Shown here: piece by piece, positions 32,001-45,193 of the stretch
Layout: the number at the start of each line of letters is the position of its first letter
Position numbering within the stretch: position 1 is the stretch's first letter
Assembly: GCA_004431415.1 (NCBI GenBank)
Contig: QPMI01000064.1
Span: 310,001 to 374,000 of the forward strand
From: Cyanophora paradoxa CCMP329
Taxonomy: Eukaryota; Plantae; Glaucophyta
Direction: 5' to 3'
Length of the DNA: 64,000 nucleotides
Notes under the pieces: generated by a model
What the model was told of the DNA's origin: nothing
Seen by the model: the letters and a program-made list of their open reading frames with translations, nothing else
The model's database searches: none
Position numbers and translations under genes: made by a program

Positions 32001-35000
32001 AGCGGGATGCTCTGCAGCGATCGCGAGCGTGAGAGCTAGATGGCGACGAGATTTGAAGGGCCCGGGGCAAGATCTAGAAGAGCGAAAGATGGACGCTGTG
32101 ATTAGAAGAGGCGAGCTCGGAAGCGGACCTGCACGAAGCTGTTGAACTGGACGTGGTCAATGAGCATGCGGAAGACGATCGTTATCTGTTCAGGCGAAAA
32201 AGCGAGTTTAATTCACGTTAACGTTGCCCTCGCGATCGACCCGCTTGCCTGGGAGGCGCGGCTGAAGGAGGAGCGAATGGACGAGTAGGAGAGGATACCC
32301 GCCACCGCAATGTAGCCCAGGAGGCCCGCGAGAAGCGTCGCGGCTGACGCGGCGGGGCTCGAGCACCATTGACAGTCGTACTGAGGGGCTTCGATAAGGC
32401 GCGAGATCCGATGTCGCAGAGATCGAAAAAAGTCGAGGCGGCACGCACCGCGCTTGAAGAACCGTATCCGGCGGCGCATGTAGCACAGAAATTGCCCTCG
32501 TATCCGTCGCGGCCTGTAAGGAAGGGATCTCTTCAACAACGGAGAAGCAGCTTCGAATTCAAATTAAAGAAGCAAACACAGCGCGAACAGGCAGAGTCCA
32601 GGCCGCCGAGGCAGCCGCTGTTCTCGCAGCGGACAAGGGTGGAGTAGTCCCATGGTAGGCGCCAGTAGTCCGGAAGGGCAGCCATGAAGGGCCCGCCTTC
32701 GCACGACCCGCCCTCCGGCGCGCAATCATAGCAAACGTTGAAGCGCGCCCCGTCCAGCGTCCCTGCAGCGACCGTAAGCTTAAGGGAAGCAGTTGTTGCG
32801 GACCAGGGACAGCGTCGGGCGATGTGGTAGCACCTTCGCTGTAGTAACCTGACCTTCGCTGTCAGAAAGCGCGGCTGCAGCGGAATTGAATTTCAAGTGA
32901 ACGCAAGAGGCACGAACCCTGTGCGCAGATACAGTCGGAGACATTGTAGCTCCCGATGCGGTTGGTGCGCGAGTTGGCCGGGCACTTTGTCGCCCGCAGC
33001 GAGGCGGGCGCCGGAACGTACTCGTCAACGTCCGATCGCGTGCATTCCACCTGACACGTTAACGTTGCCAAGTTGAGCTCGCTCAGCGGACGCAGCATGC
33101 GCAGGGCTACAGCTAGATCATTTAATTTCCGAGAAATTAATTGCAATCGAATTTTTTCGCACCGAGGCGAAGCGGTTTTCGTATGTTCCGGGAGGGCAGG
33201 GGATGCACGAGACGGCCCCCGCAGAGGCGGCGAAGTAACCGGGACTGCTCCAGGGTCATGATCACGCAAGCCCAGGCCGAGCGACCGGGCCGGAGAGCAT
33301 GCGCACCTGCAGGGCTCGCACGAGGCGGAACCGTTCGTTTGCGCGGCGGTGCCGGGGCTGCTCGTCGCAATCGGGGTCACGCAATGCGAGGCCAAGCAAG
33401 CGATCGCGAGCGGGGATGAAACCTGCATGGGATGCATCGGTCCGACCTGGCTTTGGCGGAGTAGGTTCCGGCGGGGCACTCTCTGCACGTCCGGAAGCCA
33501 ACCTCCGAGTACTGGCCCGCCTTGCAAGGGGTGCACGTGCCGGTCCCGTTCGCCGTCAGCTCGAGGGCCGTCCCGGCGGCGCAGGAGCCTGCGGTCCATT
33601 AATATTAGCACAGCGTCGGCGGACGTCGACGGCGCGGGGGTCTAGATCTGCTGACCGTCGTAGGGCTTGAGGCCGCCGCGCCAGACGAAGGGTGGCTCCG
33701 CCGGTTCTATCGCCCCCGCGATGGTGATGCGCCCGACGCGCCTCCAGGCGTTGCCCTGCCCGGAATATATAAGAATATTAATATTAGTATCTATGGCTTT
33801 CCGCAGGATTTGCGTGAATCGCAGCCGCGCACATCAAACTGGACGAGGGCGAAAGGGGCGATGCGGTCGCCGTTCGCGTCGAGGTTTATTCTGCCCGAGA
33901 GGCCCTCGATAGGGTTGTTAATGATCCAGTTCTTGAGCTGCGTGCCGAAGGGCACGGTGGCCCGCTGACCGATTGGGGCGTACGACCCGTTGAGCTGCAC
34001 GCCCGAGGCGAGGAGGCCGTGAAGAGCGCGGGCCACCATGTAGACGGCGTCTGCTCCGAGTGCCGCATAAGTGTCTGAGGGTGAGGACGTGGGCCCGTCA
34101 GGTCTCAAATCAAAGAAATCAAGCGGTGCGCAGCGCCAGTTGCAAAGCCGCTCGCCGATGGTGGGAGCTCCCGATCCGGGATAATCCGAAGTGGACTGCG
34201 CCGCCCAGCGCGAGAGGAAGGCCGTTGTAAGAGGCGACGTCTGCTCGCATACAGTGCTCAGCATACGGCGCTTTTACGTGTACGGATCGAGAAAGATGGT
34301 GATGCAAAAAGAGGGGCGCGCCGTGCTAATCTCAGGCTGCAGGCCAAGGGACCCGTGCAGCATGCTAGGCTGGATGCCGCGAGGTCGTCCCCCAAGCTCG
34401 CCCACCGCCAGCCCGTCGCCCCTGAAAACGATAGAGGGTTAATGGCGCCGGAGAATTCTAGAAGAAAACGAGGGCGAAAACACACCCCAAGTACACGTAA
34501 TCAGGCCCAAGCATGCCCACCCGCTGAGCGCTCTCGAAGATACTGGACTGGTTGCTTGCACCCGAGAAAATAGCGATGATATACACGGCGTTCTGTTTTA
34601 GGGCCAGAAGCTGCTGCGTCTTGTCGGGATTTGCTGCGGTCGACTCGGCGCGAGACAGGGGCAGTTTGATATCCTCCGGCATACCGTCGGAGAAGGTTGC
34701 GAAAGCAGCCACCCGGAGGCCGATGTTCTGCGCTTCCGCGATGAACGCCTGCCCAAAACCGTTAGGAAACGACGAATTAGGCACAGCACGCAGCGGCGGA
34801 GCGCTAGCGGGCCTTGGCGATGCCCTGGCCGTAAGCCTGCCCGAAGGCGTTAGGAAATATACATATATAGGCGAAGGGTAAAAGGGGCTCAAAGCCTACA
34901 TCATTCGCGTACAGAACGCCGCAGGAGCGCCAGCCGATATTGTAAATCGTGCGGGCCAGCGCCGGACCCTGGAACACGTCTGAAGGGAAACTTTCGAATT

Positions 35001-36009
35001 CAGCCCTCGACCGTGGCCTGCAGCGGCCTAGGCACTGATCATGAGCTCGAGGGGGTTTCCCGAACCGCTCGGAATGTTTCTCAGGAAGCTGTCGTACTGT
35101 CGACATCGGAGGCGTCAACATTTGGAAGGCGCTGGCCACGGCTCGCTACAATTTAATAGGCAGAGGGCGAGAGAGCGAATGCGCACCATGGATTTTTGAC
35201 TGAGATCGGGGTCCGTAGCTGCCGGGCTGATTTGCACGAGCCGGTAGGGCCGCAGGAGGTAGGCCACGGGTTTTGCCACGCTGCTTATCGTCATGCCTGC
35301 ATGGCAGATCTAGATCAGGCTGTGAAGGGTGTGGCGTGGCGGACGTGGCGGGCGCAAAGACCGACGACGGCGGTGAGGGAGTTTTCTAAGAGCGCGACCG
35401 ACTGCTGTGGGGTATTCACGGAACCGACTCCCACGTTGAATGTTCTGCCCCGGCCACGCAAACCCGGTCAGTGGCAGTGGGGCAGCGAAATTAAAGAGAT
35501 CTAGAGGGCGGGATTCTAAGAATAGATGGCAAAAAGGATGCGGACATACATAGGCTCGATAAGGTGGTTGGGAAGGATGCTTGTGTCGTTGTTGACCAGG
35601 TCGCAGGCGAAAATAATTCCAGCGCTGCGCGCACGTGTACATGTGCATGCGGTAGTTCCTACATCAGCGCATACGCGTATACACGCAGAATACAGAGCTC
35701 GAGAGCGAAATGCAGCACAAAATCTCCCACGCACCCAATGATCCTTCCGCCATTGCTATCTGGGATGAACACGCCCAGCCGGAACTTCCCCTGCGTCTTT
35801 CCGACCGCCGGCAGGGGCCGGTTCGGTCCAACGCGCGCTGCTGATGGCACGCCCTGGGACTCGGCGCGCTGAAGCAGACCCGCTATGGCCAGGAGAACGA
35901 TGAGGAGAAAGGCGTTGCAAGGGGCCAGCTGCAGGCCCGAGCGAAAGGCGCGTGCGCAGCCCGGCGCCGCTCGGGCTGGGCCGAGGCCGCTCGCCGGAGT
36001 CCGGCGCAT
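29020..36009 (-). CDS. Receptor-like membrane protein: signal peptide + ANF-receptor/Venus-flytrap domain + Cys-rich repeats + multi-pass TM region
   Basis: FLLIVLLAIAGLL signal; FRLGVFIP, ACDLVNNDTSILPN, QISPAATDPDLS, IGWRSCGVLY, GMLGPDYVYLG, GADAVYMVARALH, GLSGRINLDANGDR; CTPCKAGQYS, CRECPAGTYS, CICAQG; TM exons LLAGLLGYIAVAGIL, MFLIQPSVSSMVLDLFRC, LLPFEDRLVNGLN; stop at 29020. Confidence 0.8.
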
Positions 36010-36847
36010 GCTGCCGCAGTGCAGCTGCAGTTGGAATGATGAGCTGACCGTCGACGTCGGACGCTGCTGTTCAACGGTTTGTGCCGCAGTGCAGCGCGGT
36101 TGCAATTGCTGCTGCTGCTCAGCCTGATTTAAATCTGCTGGCGAAATTGCTGCAACGTAAAAACGTGCAGCGTGCAGCCGCTGAGCTGCAGGCCAGCTGC
36201 ACAGCCTGCACTGCTGCTGCAGCTGCCGCGGTGCGGCAGCCGGCGCCTGCAGGCATCAGGCTTATAATTACTAAGTTAGCGACCGTCCGACGGTCGGACG
36301 TAGCGATAGTTATAGCTATTGCATCAGACTTTGAGCGCAACGTAGTTATAGCCTGCAGGTTCAACGGTCACCGGCCCTGACACCGGGTTGCAGCAACTTG
36401 CAGGCTACTTGCAGCTTGCAGCTGAGCTCGACGGCTGCTCGAGCCTCGAGCGCCGTCCCGAGTCCGCGACGTTCTGAAGTTATCAGATTTATATATTCTA
36501 GCTCATGTATAGCGATAGATCGATATCTCGCGATTCCGATCTAATTATATAAATCATTGAATATCACAGTATACCAAGTATCACCTGAGGAGTCAGTGAC
36601 TCAGTGCCACGTGCACGCACTGCACGGTGCACGCCGCAGTGCGGCCGCACGGTGAGGATCCGGAGTCTGAGGTCCAGACTGAGGACGTCGACGTCGACCA
36701 GCTCTTCAGTCTGTCGATCGGACGCGCGGCCACGCGCCGGCGCCGGATCCGGATCGGATCGACCGCCCGGACCGGCCCGGGAAAGGCCTCGGATTAGACT
36801 AATAATTATAAAGTATACTGCCATAGTACAGACTATCATAGTATATA

Positions 36848-37076
36848 CTGTAAAACATGCAATATCCAGCGTCACTTTATTTCGTCAAAACCCGAAAAAT
36901 GCGCCGAAATTGTGGTTCGTCGGCATCATGTTTTCGGCAACACAGCCAGTCCGCCTAGGCGGCGGGTACATTGATCCTTTTTCTGCCATACATCTGCACA
37001 ATTCTGGCAGTTTCAAATATTCGGCATCGCAATAGCGCCGAATATTAAGTGCCGCCGGAGATTTCATGTTTTACAG
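36848..37076. mobile_element. MITE related to 176-425
   Basis: TIR CTGTAAAACATG / CATGTTTTACAG, TA flanks at 36846-36847 and 37077-37078; shares a CAGCGTC..TTTATTTCGTC subterminal motif with the first MITE. Confidence 0.8.
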
Positions 37077-38441
37077 TATGAGTCGGACGCCTGATCGGCG
37101 GTGATCACCGACTCGACGCCGAGTCGGCGACTCCGATGAGTCCGATCGCGATCGTGACTCGCGAGTAGGGCTGGGTTCAGTCACTGTCAGTCAAAGTCAG
37201 AGGGTCTGACTGACCCGACTGAGTCACCAAATTGGCCGACTGAGATTCTCTCAGTCCCATATAGGGCTGCGCACAGTCCACCTCAACCCCCACCCGGTCG
37301 GTGGGCCCGCTGACTGTTACCCGCCGGTGGCGGTCGGTACTACTCGGTAGAGGTGGGGTACTTGCTGCAGTGCGTGAAAATTGACAGGAAATACGCTTAA
37401 TTCTGCACAGCTTCAAGGCGCTACGCGCCTACTCTGTTCCCAACTGTCTAAAGCAAGTGCTTTGCAATTGGGGCGAGTTCAAGCCAGTTGTGGGGGAAGC
37501 CGGGGTGGTTGATGCTCAGGAGGGGTACGGGATATCGCGATCGATGGCGTCAGCTCCCTTGGGCTCCGTCGGATTGAAGAGCGCAGGAGCGCAGGAGAGC
37601 AGGAAGATGAACTAAGCAGAACTTTCCTGGCCTGGGTGCACGGAATATGTAACTTTCGCGCGCGAGAATATGAAATTTTCGCGAGCCTACCCCCCTAGAA
37701 TTTTTATTTGTATGGTACCGGGCGTTGTATGGCGGTGGGCCAGACTTTCCACCCGGTCGGTCGGTGGCAGGCTGCCACTGCCACCGGCCGCCACCGGCCC
37801 AGCCCTAGTCCCATACAAAACCCTGCTGGGAGCGTGCCCCCCTGTGGGCTTTTTCCATCTGAAGCTCGACGTGGATCGACCTAACAAGGATCTTCTGTCA
37901 TCTTACCTCCAGAAAAACAACGAATTCGAAATCTGAACGAAACCGCCCGCGCTACATATAACGAGGCTGACGGGGGCCGAATTCCTTTCACCAGTGTTCT
38001 TAAGCTTTGCTCGCCTAACTTAATAGTAATCACTCCCTACTGCCCGCGCATTGTGCTTGGCAATTTCGATGGATCGCATCTGGGTCATTTCCGGGTCATT
38101 TTCCTCAGTTTTTGCACGGTAGCCTGACTGAACCTCAGGTTGACTGATTCAGTCACAGTCAGGGGGGCTGAGCGACTGGGTCAGGGGTGGAGCCTGACTG
38201 AACCCAGCACTACTCGCGAGGCTCGGCGACTCGGCGACTCGACGGCGAGTTGCCAATTGCAAGTTGATCGGACTCGATCCCGGATCCGAATTCGAATTGA
38301 TAGCATGCAAATCTGCGATCGATCGATCGCCGAGTCGACGCCGACGTCCGACGGACCGGCGACGGTCGACTCGACGCCGAGCTCGAGTCGGCAGCCGCGC
38401 CGGCGGTTCCGATCAGATCATTATGGCATGTTCAGTTACTA

Positions 38442-39550
38442 CCATATAACAAAATATTAATGCGCTCGATATTAATGCGTTTTTGGACCCGGACCCCGGA
38501 ATTACTTAATGCGTTTTGAAGCTTTTTGGCGCGATAGGGGGCCGGGTACATGCATATGTACATACAACCTTCTTAATTGGCGAACCCGGGAAGGGCGCGC
38601 AACGTAGGTCGGCGGGGCGGGAGAAGCGCCCGCCGGGCGCGCGCCCGGAGGGCACAGGTCGCCTCAGTAAGGTCTAGAAGCGCTTCTAGCCGCTTAGCCG
38701 CAGTGTCCGTTAGGCGATTCGTTCGTCGGCGGGCGCGGTTGGGCGTGCGGCCCCCAGGTCAGATCAGCGGTCTCAGCAGTGCTCATTGCCTCTAGTTCGG
38801 GCTTCTCTGCGTCGGCGCCGCTCTGCGCAACAGCGCCCGCGCGTTCCAGCATGTCTAGGCGCAAATCTAGCGAGGGCGGACCAAGCTGGCCGCGGCAGTA
38901 GGAGGAGCGACGCAGAGAAGGGCGCGGTGCTCGGGCTCTGGAGGAGATGGCGTGCTGCTCGGCTCCCGCCGACCAGCCTGGGTTCCCGCCGGGCATTGGC
39001 GATGCCGCGCCCAGCTGCAGCTGCCCGCGATGTTGACGCGCGGCTCGCTGCGCGGCGCTGCAGCTCGGCGGCTGGCGGCGACTCTGGACTCAGCGCTCGC
39101 CGTGGAGGCGGCTGAGGAGCGCGGCTCTTGCTGCGCGACCACCAGTTTTTCATCCGGGCCCTAACTAACGGGGCTCCGGTTTTCTGGGCCTACATCTTTC
39201 TGCCGCGCTCACTGCTAGAGGACCGGCGCATATTATGTTCTGGAGACGACTCGGTAGACTACAGCTAAGGCACTAGCTCGACACGACTACTAGCTGTAGC
39301 ACTCTTGTTATCTATCTCCTCTTGCAGTCAGCATCTCAGTATCCGGTAGGCGTGGAGCCGCCGGAGCGGGAGACTGTTGTCAAGTGTGTACGAATGCAGC
39401 AGACTTTCAAAAAAAAAAACAACCTTCTTAATTGGCGTTTTGTTATTAATATTAACGCGCCCCCAAATTAATGCGTTTGAGGCAGAAAAGTTGAGAAAAC
39501 GCATTAAATTGGGACGCATTAATTAATATTATTCTGTTATAATTATGCGG
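38442..39550. mobile_element. Degenerate non-autonomous TIR element, ~1.1 kb
   Basis: Left TATAACAAAATATTAATGCG vs right CGCATTAATTAATATTATTCTGTTATA; several subterminal TTAATGCG copies at both ends; GC-rich interior. Confidence 0.5.
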
Positions 39551-40928
39551 TGCTACCCAAACTTACCCCCCCCAAATGTTTTGTTTTTGAATCTTATAAA
39601 AAACAAAAACAAATCACAAAAACTCTCAGTTATCATGAGTCAGTGAATCGACAGTGATCATGAATGCATATCATATGTATGTCGGACTCACAGAGTCACA
39701 ATGCACGTGTCTGATCAGAACCGCCGGCCGCCAGACTCTGAGACTAGTACTGGTGCCACTGGGGCGCCACTGGGCCAGTGGCCCAGTGCCCGCCACTGGC
39801 TCGCGCGCCACTGGGCCAGGGCCCAGGGGGCGCCACTAGTCACTGAGTACTGCCGCGCCAATTGCAACCGAGGCCCAACTTCCGCCCAAGGGCCGACCCG
39901 GCCGAGGCCCGAGGCTCGAGCCTCGGAGGCCCCTGACTCAACTTGAGGCCCGCAGGCTCCGCAGCCTGCGGCCGCTCGACTCCCGCTGCGACTCGGCGAG
40001 TCCCGCAGCACTGCGGCTACCGTAGTACCGGTATCATAGTATTGCCACTGTTTTCTTGCAACTCCCGGCCGAGTTGCCACAAGTTGCCCCCATCTTGCAA
40101 CTGCCGCAGTGCGGCCGCCAACTTGCGGCGCCCAGTCACTTCATGATCAACTCACTTGATCATGAAGTTGGGCGCCAATTGCAACTCTCAGACTAATTGA
40201 ATTCGAACTCGCCGAGTCGGCTGCGACTCCGAGGCTCGGCGGCGACTCGAGCTCGCCGGCAAGTCGCGATCGGCGCCCGGCAGGCCGCGGCGGCGGCCAG
40301 GTACGTCGGCTGTTGGCGCTAAGTTCGCCGCCAATTGCAAGCGCTAGCGGCGCCCGGCGGCCAAGTTGCGCCGCCAACATTACTAAATTATATATAAAGT
40401 TAACAGCGGCCAACTCGAGCTCAGTGACTTGTGGGCCAAGTAAGTCGTGGCAACTTCCCCCGGGCCCGGGCCCGCCAACTTGGCAACTTGCCAAGTTGCT
40501 CCAACATGTACAGCCTCCAAGTCGCCGCCAGTGGCCCGGCGGCCGGGCCCGCCAACTCGGCGCCAAGAGGTCCGCGCCCCAACGGACCTGGCAACGGTGC
40601 GGTGTCGGCCCGGCGGTGCCACGTTACACTGCCAACACTGCCAAGTACTAGTCGGTGGCACTCGGTGCTCCAGCGCCGGTGCATGGCGGCTTTGAATTCA
40701 AAGTAAGCGGTAATATCGGCCTTGGGGAAAGGAGAGGCCCTTAGGTCTGTTGGTCACTTGTCACAAAATTTTAGAAAGCGAAATTCGTATTTTTGAAGAC
40801 ACCTGCTACCCCATTTTAGACCCTGGGGAGCACGATGGTCCGGCCCGTTTTCCTATGAGAGGCCTCTAATGGGCAGTAACAGCACGTCGAAAAGCATCGA
40901 AAAGCATTTTCACGAAAAGCGCAAATAA

Positions 40929-41239
40929 CATTGGTCGTCCGAGTCGAAATTTGAAAATTATTAATTTCAAGAGACCGCACCCCATTCGCTAGGAAATAGT
41001 TTCCAAATTAACGGAGCGCCACGGGGCCGGCCAGCAAATTTGTATGAGACAGAGTCGATGTGTGCCACGAGGTGGGTTTTAAATATACTTGATGCGTTAG
41101 TTGAAAGATTATCAAAATAAACAATTTAGACAGAGCCTTATTACTGCGAATTACATTCAAATGATTCATAGATTATTATTAACCACCTCCAAAAAGCGCC
41201 GAAAGTCGTTTTCAAAAATATAAGCTGAGACGACCAATG
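40929..41239. mobile_element. MITE-like TIR element
   Basis: CATTGGTCGTC...TTTGAAAA / TTTTCAAA...GACGACCAATG; AT-rich; no clear TSD. Confidence 0.5.
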
Positions 41240-41559
41240 GGCCCCTCGGGGCCTGTACTCGGTACAATTGCGGCCGATTGGGCCCCGCATCGATATCTGT
41301 ACCCTTGCGACATAATTTTGTACCCTCTCACTTGAGTGTGTACCCTTGCCGAGTGGACCCCCTTCTCCTCCCCCTCCCCCGTAACCGCGCGCGGTTGCGG
41401 GCCCCCGTTTTAAAACAAAGAGCTGCCACCCTCACGCCTTGAAGCCCCAAGACCCAAGGCCACTCCTGCTCCGCAGGGACTCGCTTGTCAATAAACCGTG
41501 CGCGACGCTGCGGCGACAGAGCTAGAGGCTAGAGCAGGTGAAATCAGCGCTAGCAGCCA

Positions 41560-42150
41560 TAAATTTCAAAACGGCGAATCAAAGCAAATCAGCAACTAAG
41601 CTATAAGATCTACACCGCATCGGCACTCGAGCTCGCTACTACTACTGAGTCGCTAGCTGTGCTCGCTGTACGTCACTCGCTGTCAGGCTCGGGGTCCTTG
41701 CGGGGCCATCCCCTCCTCCTGGCGCCCTTCAGGGGAAGCGGCGGCGTCTGCGGCGAAGCGGGGCGGGGCGGAGCGGGGTGCGGGGGTGAGCAAGTCAACG
41801 AAGTGAGGTGGCTCTGGTCCGGCGCCAGCGCCAGCTCACCAGCATCAAGGGGGGTAGAGACTCGGGCTCGGGGGCCTCCCCACCCAGGCCCAGCTCCTCC
41901 AGGGGTACGGGCGGCTCCTCGCAGGGCTGCGGGGGTACGCGATGAGACTCTTAGGAGAAACCTGAGAAGGCAGGGGGGGGTACGGCACCCTGAGGAGGGA
42001 GCGGAAGTTGGAGTACTCGTCGACGGAGGTGCGGGCGACTCGTTCGGCGAAGGCCGAATCGGAGGGGGAGAGGGCCGACGACAGGGAGACGCGGGGGGTA
42101 CGGGGTTTCGAAGAATCCGGGTCGGAAGGGGAGGAGGAGTCCGGGGGCTC
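41560..42150 (-). pseudogene. Displaced partial copy of the mTERF 3' end and its 3' flank
   Basis: Closely matches ~49018-49581 (GGCTCGGGGTCCTTGCGGGGCC...GAAGAATCCGG); upstream exons absent. Confidence 0.85.
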
Positions 42151-42490
42151 GGGATCCGGGCTCTCATATCTAGAGTTTCCCTCTGGACAAATGATCGAGC
42201 TCTAGATCTCGATTTCGATCATGTCTGAGGGGTGGCCTCCTAGGCCTTAGGCATCCGAGCTCTCACCACGTGCACGCCCCGCCCCGCCGCAGACTGCGGC
42301 AAAAGTCGAAGCCCCCGCTTCTCCTGAAAGGCACCGCAAGTTCCTCCTGCCTTCCTGCCAAATTTAAAACGTGCATGTGGTAGCTAGAGGAATGTGCGAT
42401 ATATACATCTTTTGCTTCGGCGGCGAATTAATTGAAATCTACGACAAATTAAAACAAATTATATGTAAACAGTAACCAAAGGAGTGAACG

Positions 42491-45190
42491 CTAAGCCCTC
42501 CCTGAAGCGTCCCTGCACTCCCGCTTGTGCGTCTTCCAGGCGGCCCCCTGCGGCACGCGTACGGCGCAGTCGGCCGCGAATGAATTCGAAGCGCCACCGG
42601 TTATGGTTCGGGACTGGAGAGCGCACATGGCAGGCCTGGTCGCAGTAGGCGACGGAAAGGCAGCGGCCGCACTTGCGCAGCCCGTCCTTCGCGAGCTGCT
42701 TCCCACAGGCCCCGCAGCGCCACGCCTCCAGCTTCGCGATGTCGCCCCGGAAATCCTTCATTTTCGCCGACTCCGCCTCCATGTGCGCTTCCGGGCGGAC
42801 AAAGTTTCAGATGCAGCGACAAAGTTTCAGATGCAGCGAAACGCAGCAGGTCTCTCCACGCACCCATCTTCTCGTCCTTGAGCTTGAACGTATCTCGCAG
42901 CAGCGAGTTCATCATTTCGGAGACCTTGATCATTCCCTCGACGGGCCTGTCCTGGCGCCCGCCTAGGAAATCCCCTATCAAGGCGTCGTGCTCCGTGATG
43001 CCCCGAAGGTGCAGCTTGTTAAGCGTGTCAAACCACGGCTGCAAGGCGAGCGTGTCAAACCACGGCTGCAAGGCTTAAGCGTGTGGGCATGCTCACGCAC
43101 CAGGTACTTGATCGGAGGCTTGGCCGGCTCCGAGGCGGCGGGCCTCGCCCCCCGGAGCGGGGGCGACCGGGCGGCGCTCGGGTGCGCTGCCAGCTCGAGG
43201 AGCGACGCGGCGGCGGCGGGGAGGCCGGAGGCCCAGTCGTCAAGGCGCGCGGACGGGGGCGGCGGCGGAATGTCCGTCAGCCAACCTTCGAGGTCGAACC
43301 TGCGCTCTTGTTAGCATGCTCAGCAAATTGGGGAGCGGTGAAGACTGAGCGATCACCAGAAATCGGGGAAGCGCGCGACGGGCTCGGACGGCGCGGGGGC
43401 CCACGACCCCGCGGCCCACTCGCGCAGGGCCGCGAGCCGCCTCGCGCTCGCCCTGAGCCAGGCGCCGAAGGGCGCCGCGAGGGCCGGCTGCGTCCCAGGG
43501 TGGCCCGGAGCAACGTCAAGAGAACGTAGGCGACCTCGCCGACGGCGCGGGGCCCCTCCTCAAGGGCGGCCTCGGCGGCGGCGGCGAGCGCGCCGCTCTC
43601 CGCGAGGCTGCGGGCGACGGCGGGGCCGTGCCGCGGGTGCCGAACGAGGGCCCGCAGGAGCAGAAGGGCGTGCCATCTATGGAAAATCTCGTCAGCCGCC
43701 TGTGCCACCGCCAAGCGGCAGCGGCAGAGTGCGCACCGCGTCTCGAAGTCCGCGTCGACGGCGAGGCGGGCGGCGGCATCCGCGAGGGCAGCCGCGTCGA
43801 AGGGGCCCGCCGCGGCGACCGCGAGCGGGTCCTGCGTCGGGACGCCCCGCGCCGCGAGGGCCTCCAACTGCGGACGCGGGGTCAGGCTAAGGAAAGGCGG
43901 AAAAGAGCAGACGCGCCTGGACGGTCGTCAGGCCGGCGGGGTTCGGCGTGGGCGGCGGGAGCGGGACGGTGGCCTTCTCGGCCCTCTCCGAGGCGGGGTA
44001 ATGCTCCGCGGAGAGGGCGGCCGACATTGCGATGCGCGACGCCGCAACGACCGCCGCCCGTCGGATCGCGGCCACCGTCTCAGGCAGGCGGCTCAGGTAC
44101 GTCTGAGCGGACCCCAAGCCAAGGTCAAGCTTAAGCAGAACTGCGGACGGGAAATCTGAACGGAGCGCACCTTCCCGTCCACGCGGCCGCGCGTCACGAT
44201 CTCGACCGAGTGGCGGCTGTAGCGGCCGGCCTGCATCGCGTCCACCGCCTCCCGCCGCAGCCGGTCGGCCGCCAACCCCAACAGCGCTGCCACGGCGGGC
44301 CCCGCGCGGCACAGGATCTCGTCGGCGAGGTCGGGCGCGGCGGAGGCGAAGGCGGCGAGGGAGCGGAGCGCCTGCATGCGCTCGATGGCGAGGCCCTGGC
44401 ACGCGACGCGGGCCAGCGCTGGCGCGGCCGGCCGCAGCAGCCGCAGGCCCTCGTCGGCGGGAACAAGCGCTCTGCGCGAGGCAGCGTGGTGAACGGCTGG
44501 ATTCGCAAGGGGTCCGCAATCACCAGCCACGAAGGGACGCACTCGGCGAGATAGGCTGCCTGCCCATTCAATCAGAACATGCAACGGGCGATGCGAGAAG
44601 AAGAGAATGAGAGCTTTAAATTCGAGGCCGAAGTTATAATCATAGTAATATAATGAAGTATACGTATACGTATAGACGTAGACCGGTTTTATTCCTGAAA
44701 GCTTCCACGTACGGTAATGTAGCTATAGTTTAATTTAGAGAGAAATGATCATGAAGTGCACGCACGTAGAAAGTGACGTAAACGTGGCGGGAGAGGAGGA
44801 TGTGGGGCAGGGCGCCGGCGAGCCCCAAATCGAGGTACACCCTCGCCAATGCGTCATTCGCCCGCTTCGGCGGACGCCGCAGGGTACTGACGAAAATGCA
44901 GAGGAACTCCTCGTGGTCCTCATGCTGGTGGTGAGACCGGAGGTGGCGGCGTCGTCAGGGGCGGAGGTGGCGGCGGTGCAAGAAATAATCAAATTCACGG
45001 CGCACGGGCCGTTGTACCAACGATGCGATGAAGCGCCGCATGGGCCCCGGGTCCCACCTCGGGCCCGTCAGAAAGTGCATAGCGCAGTGTGGGCAATCGT
45101 CACGGGGCTTGGGATGCGCGGCCTTCAATTCCCCAAATTTGAAGTGCTGCGCCCGAGCGCGAGGGTCAAAGGTCGAGGTTCGAAAGGTAT
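42491..45190 (-). CDS. C-terminal MYND zinc finger protein, multi-exon; in-frame TGA near 44955
   Basis: CGACGKQLAKDGLRKCGRCLSVAYCDQACH, intron, GAAWKTHKREC; stop at 42491; Ala/Leu-rich helical exons upstream; start unresolved. Confidence 0.8.
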
Positions 45191-45193
45191 TCT

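Noticed and set aside
37364-38123. Possible TIR element (GCTGCAGTGCGTGAAAATTGA vs TCAGTTTTTGCACGGTAGC)
   Set aside because: Inverted match too degenerate and no TSD.
42174-42192. TTTCCCTCTGGA-CAAATG resembles the ~60 bp missing from body 4
   Set aside because: Only 12+6 nt of match; chance cannot be excluded.
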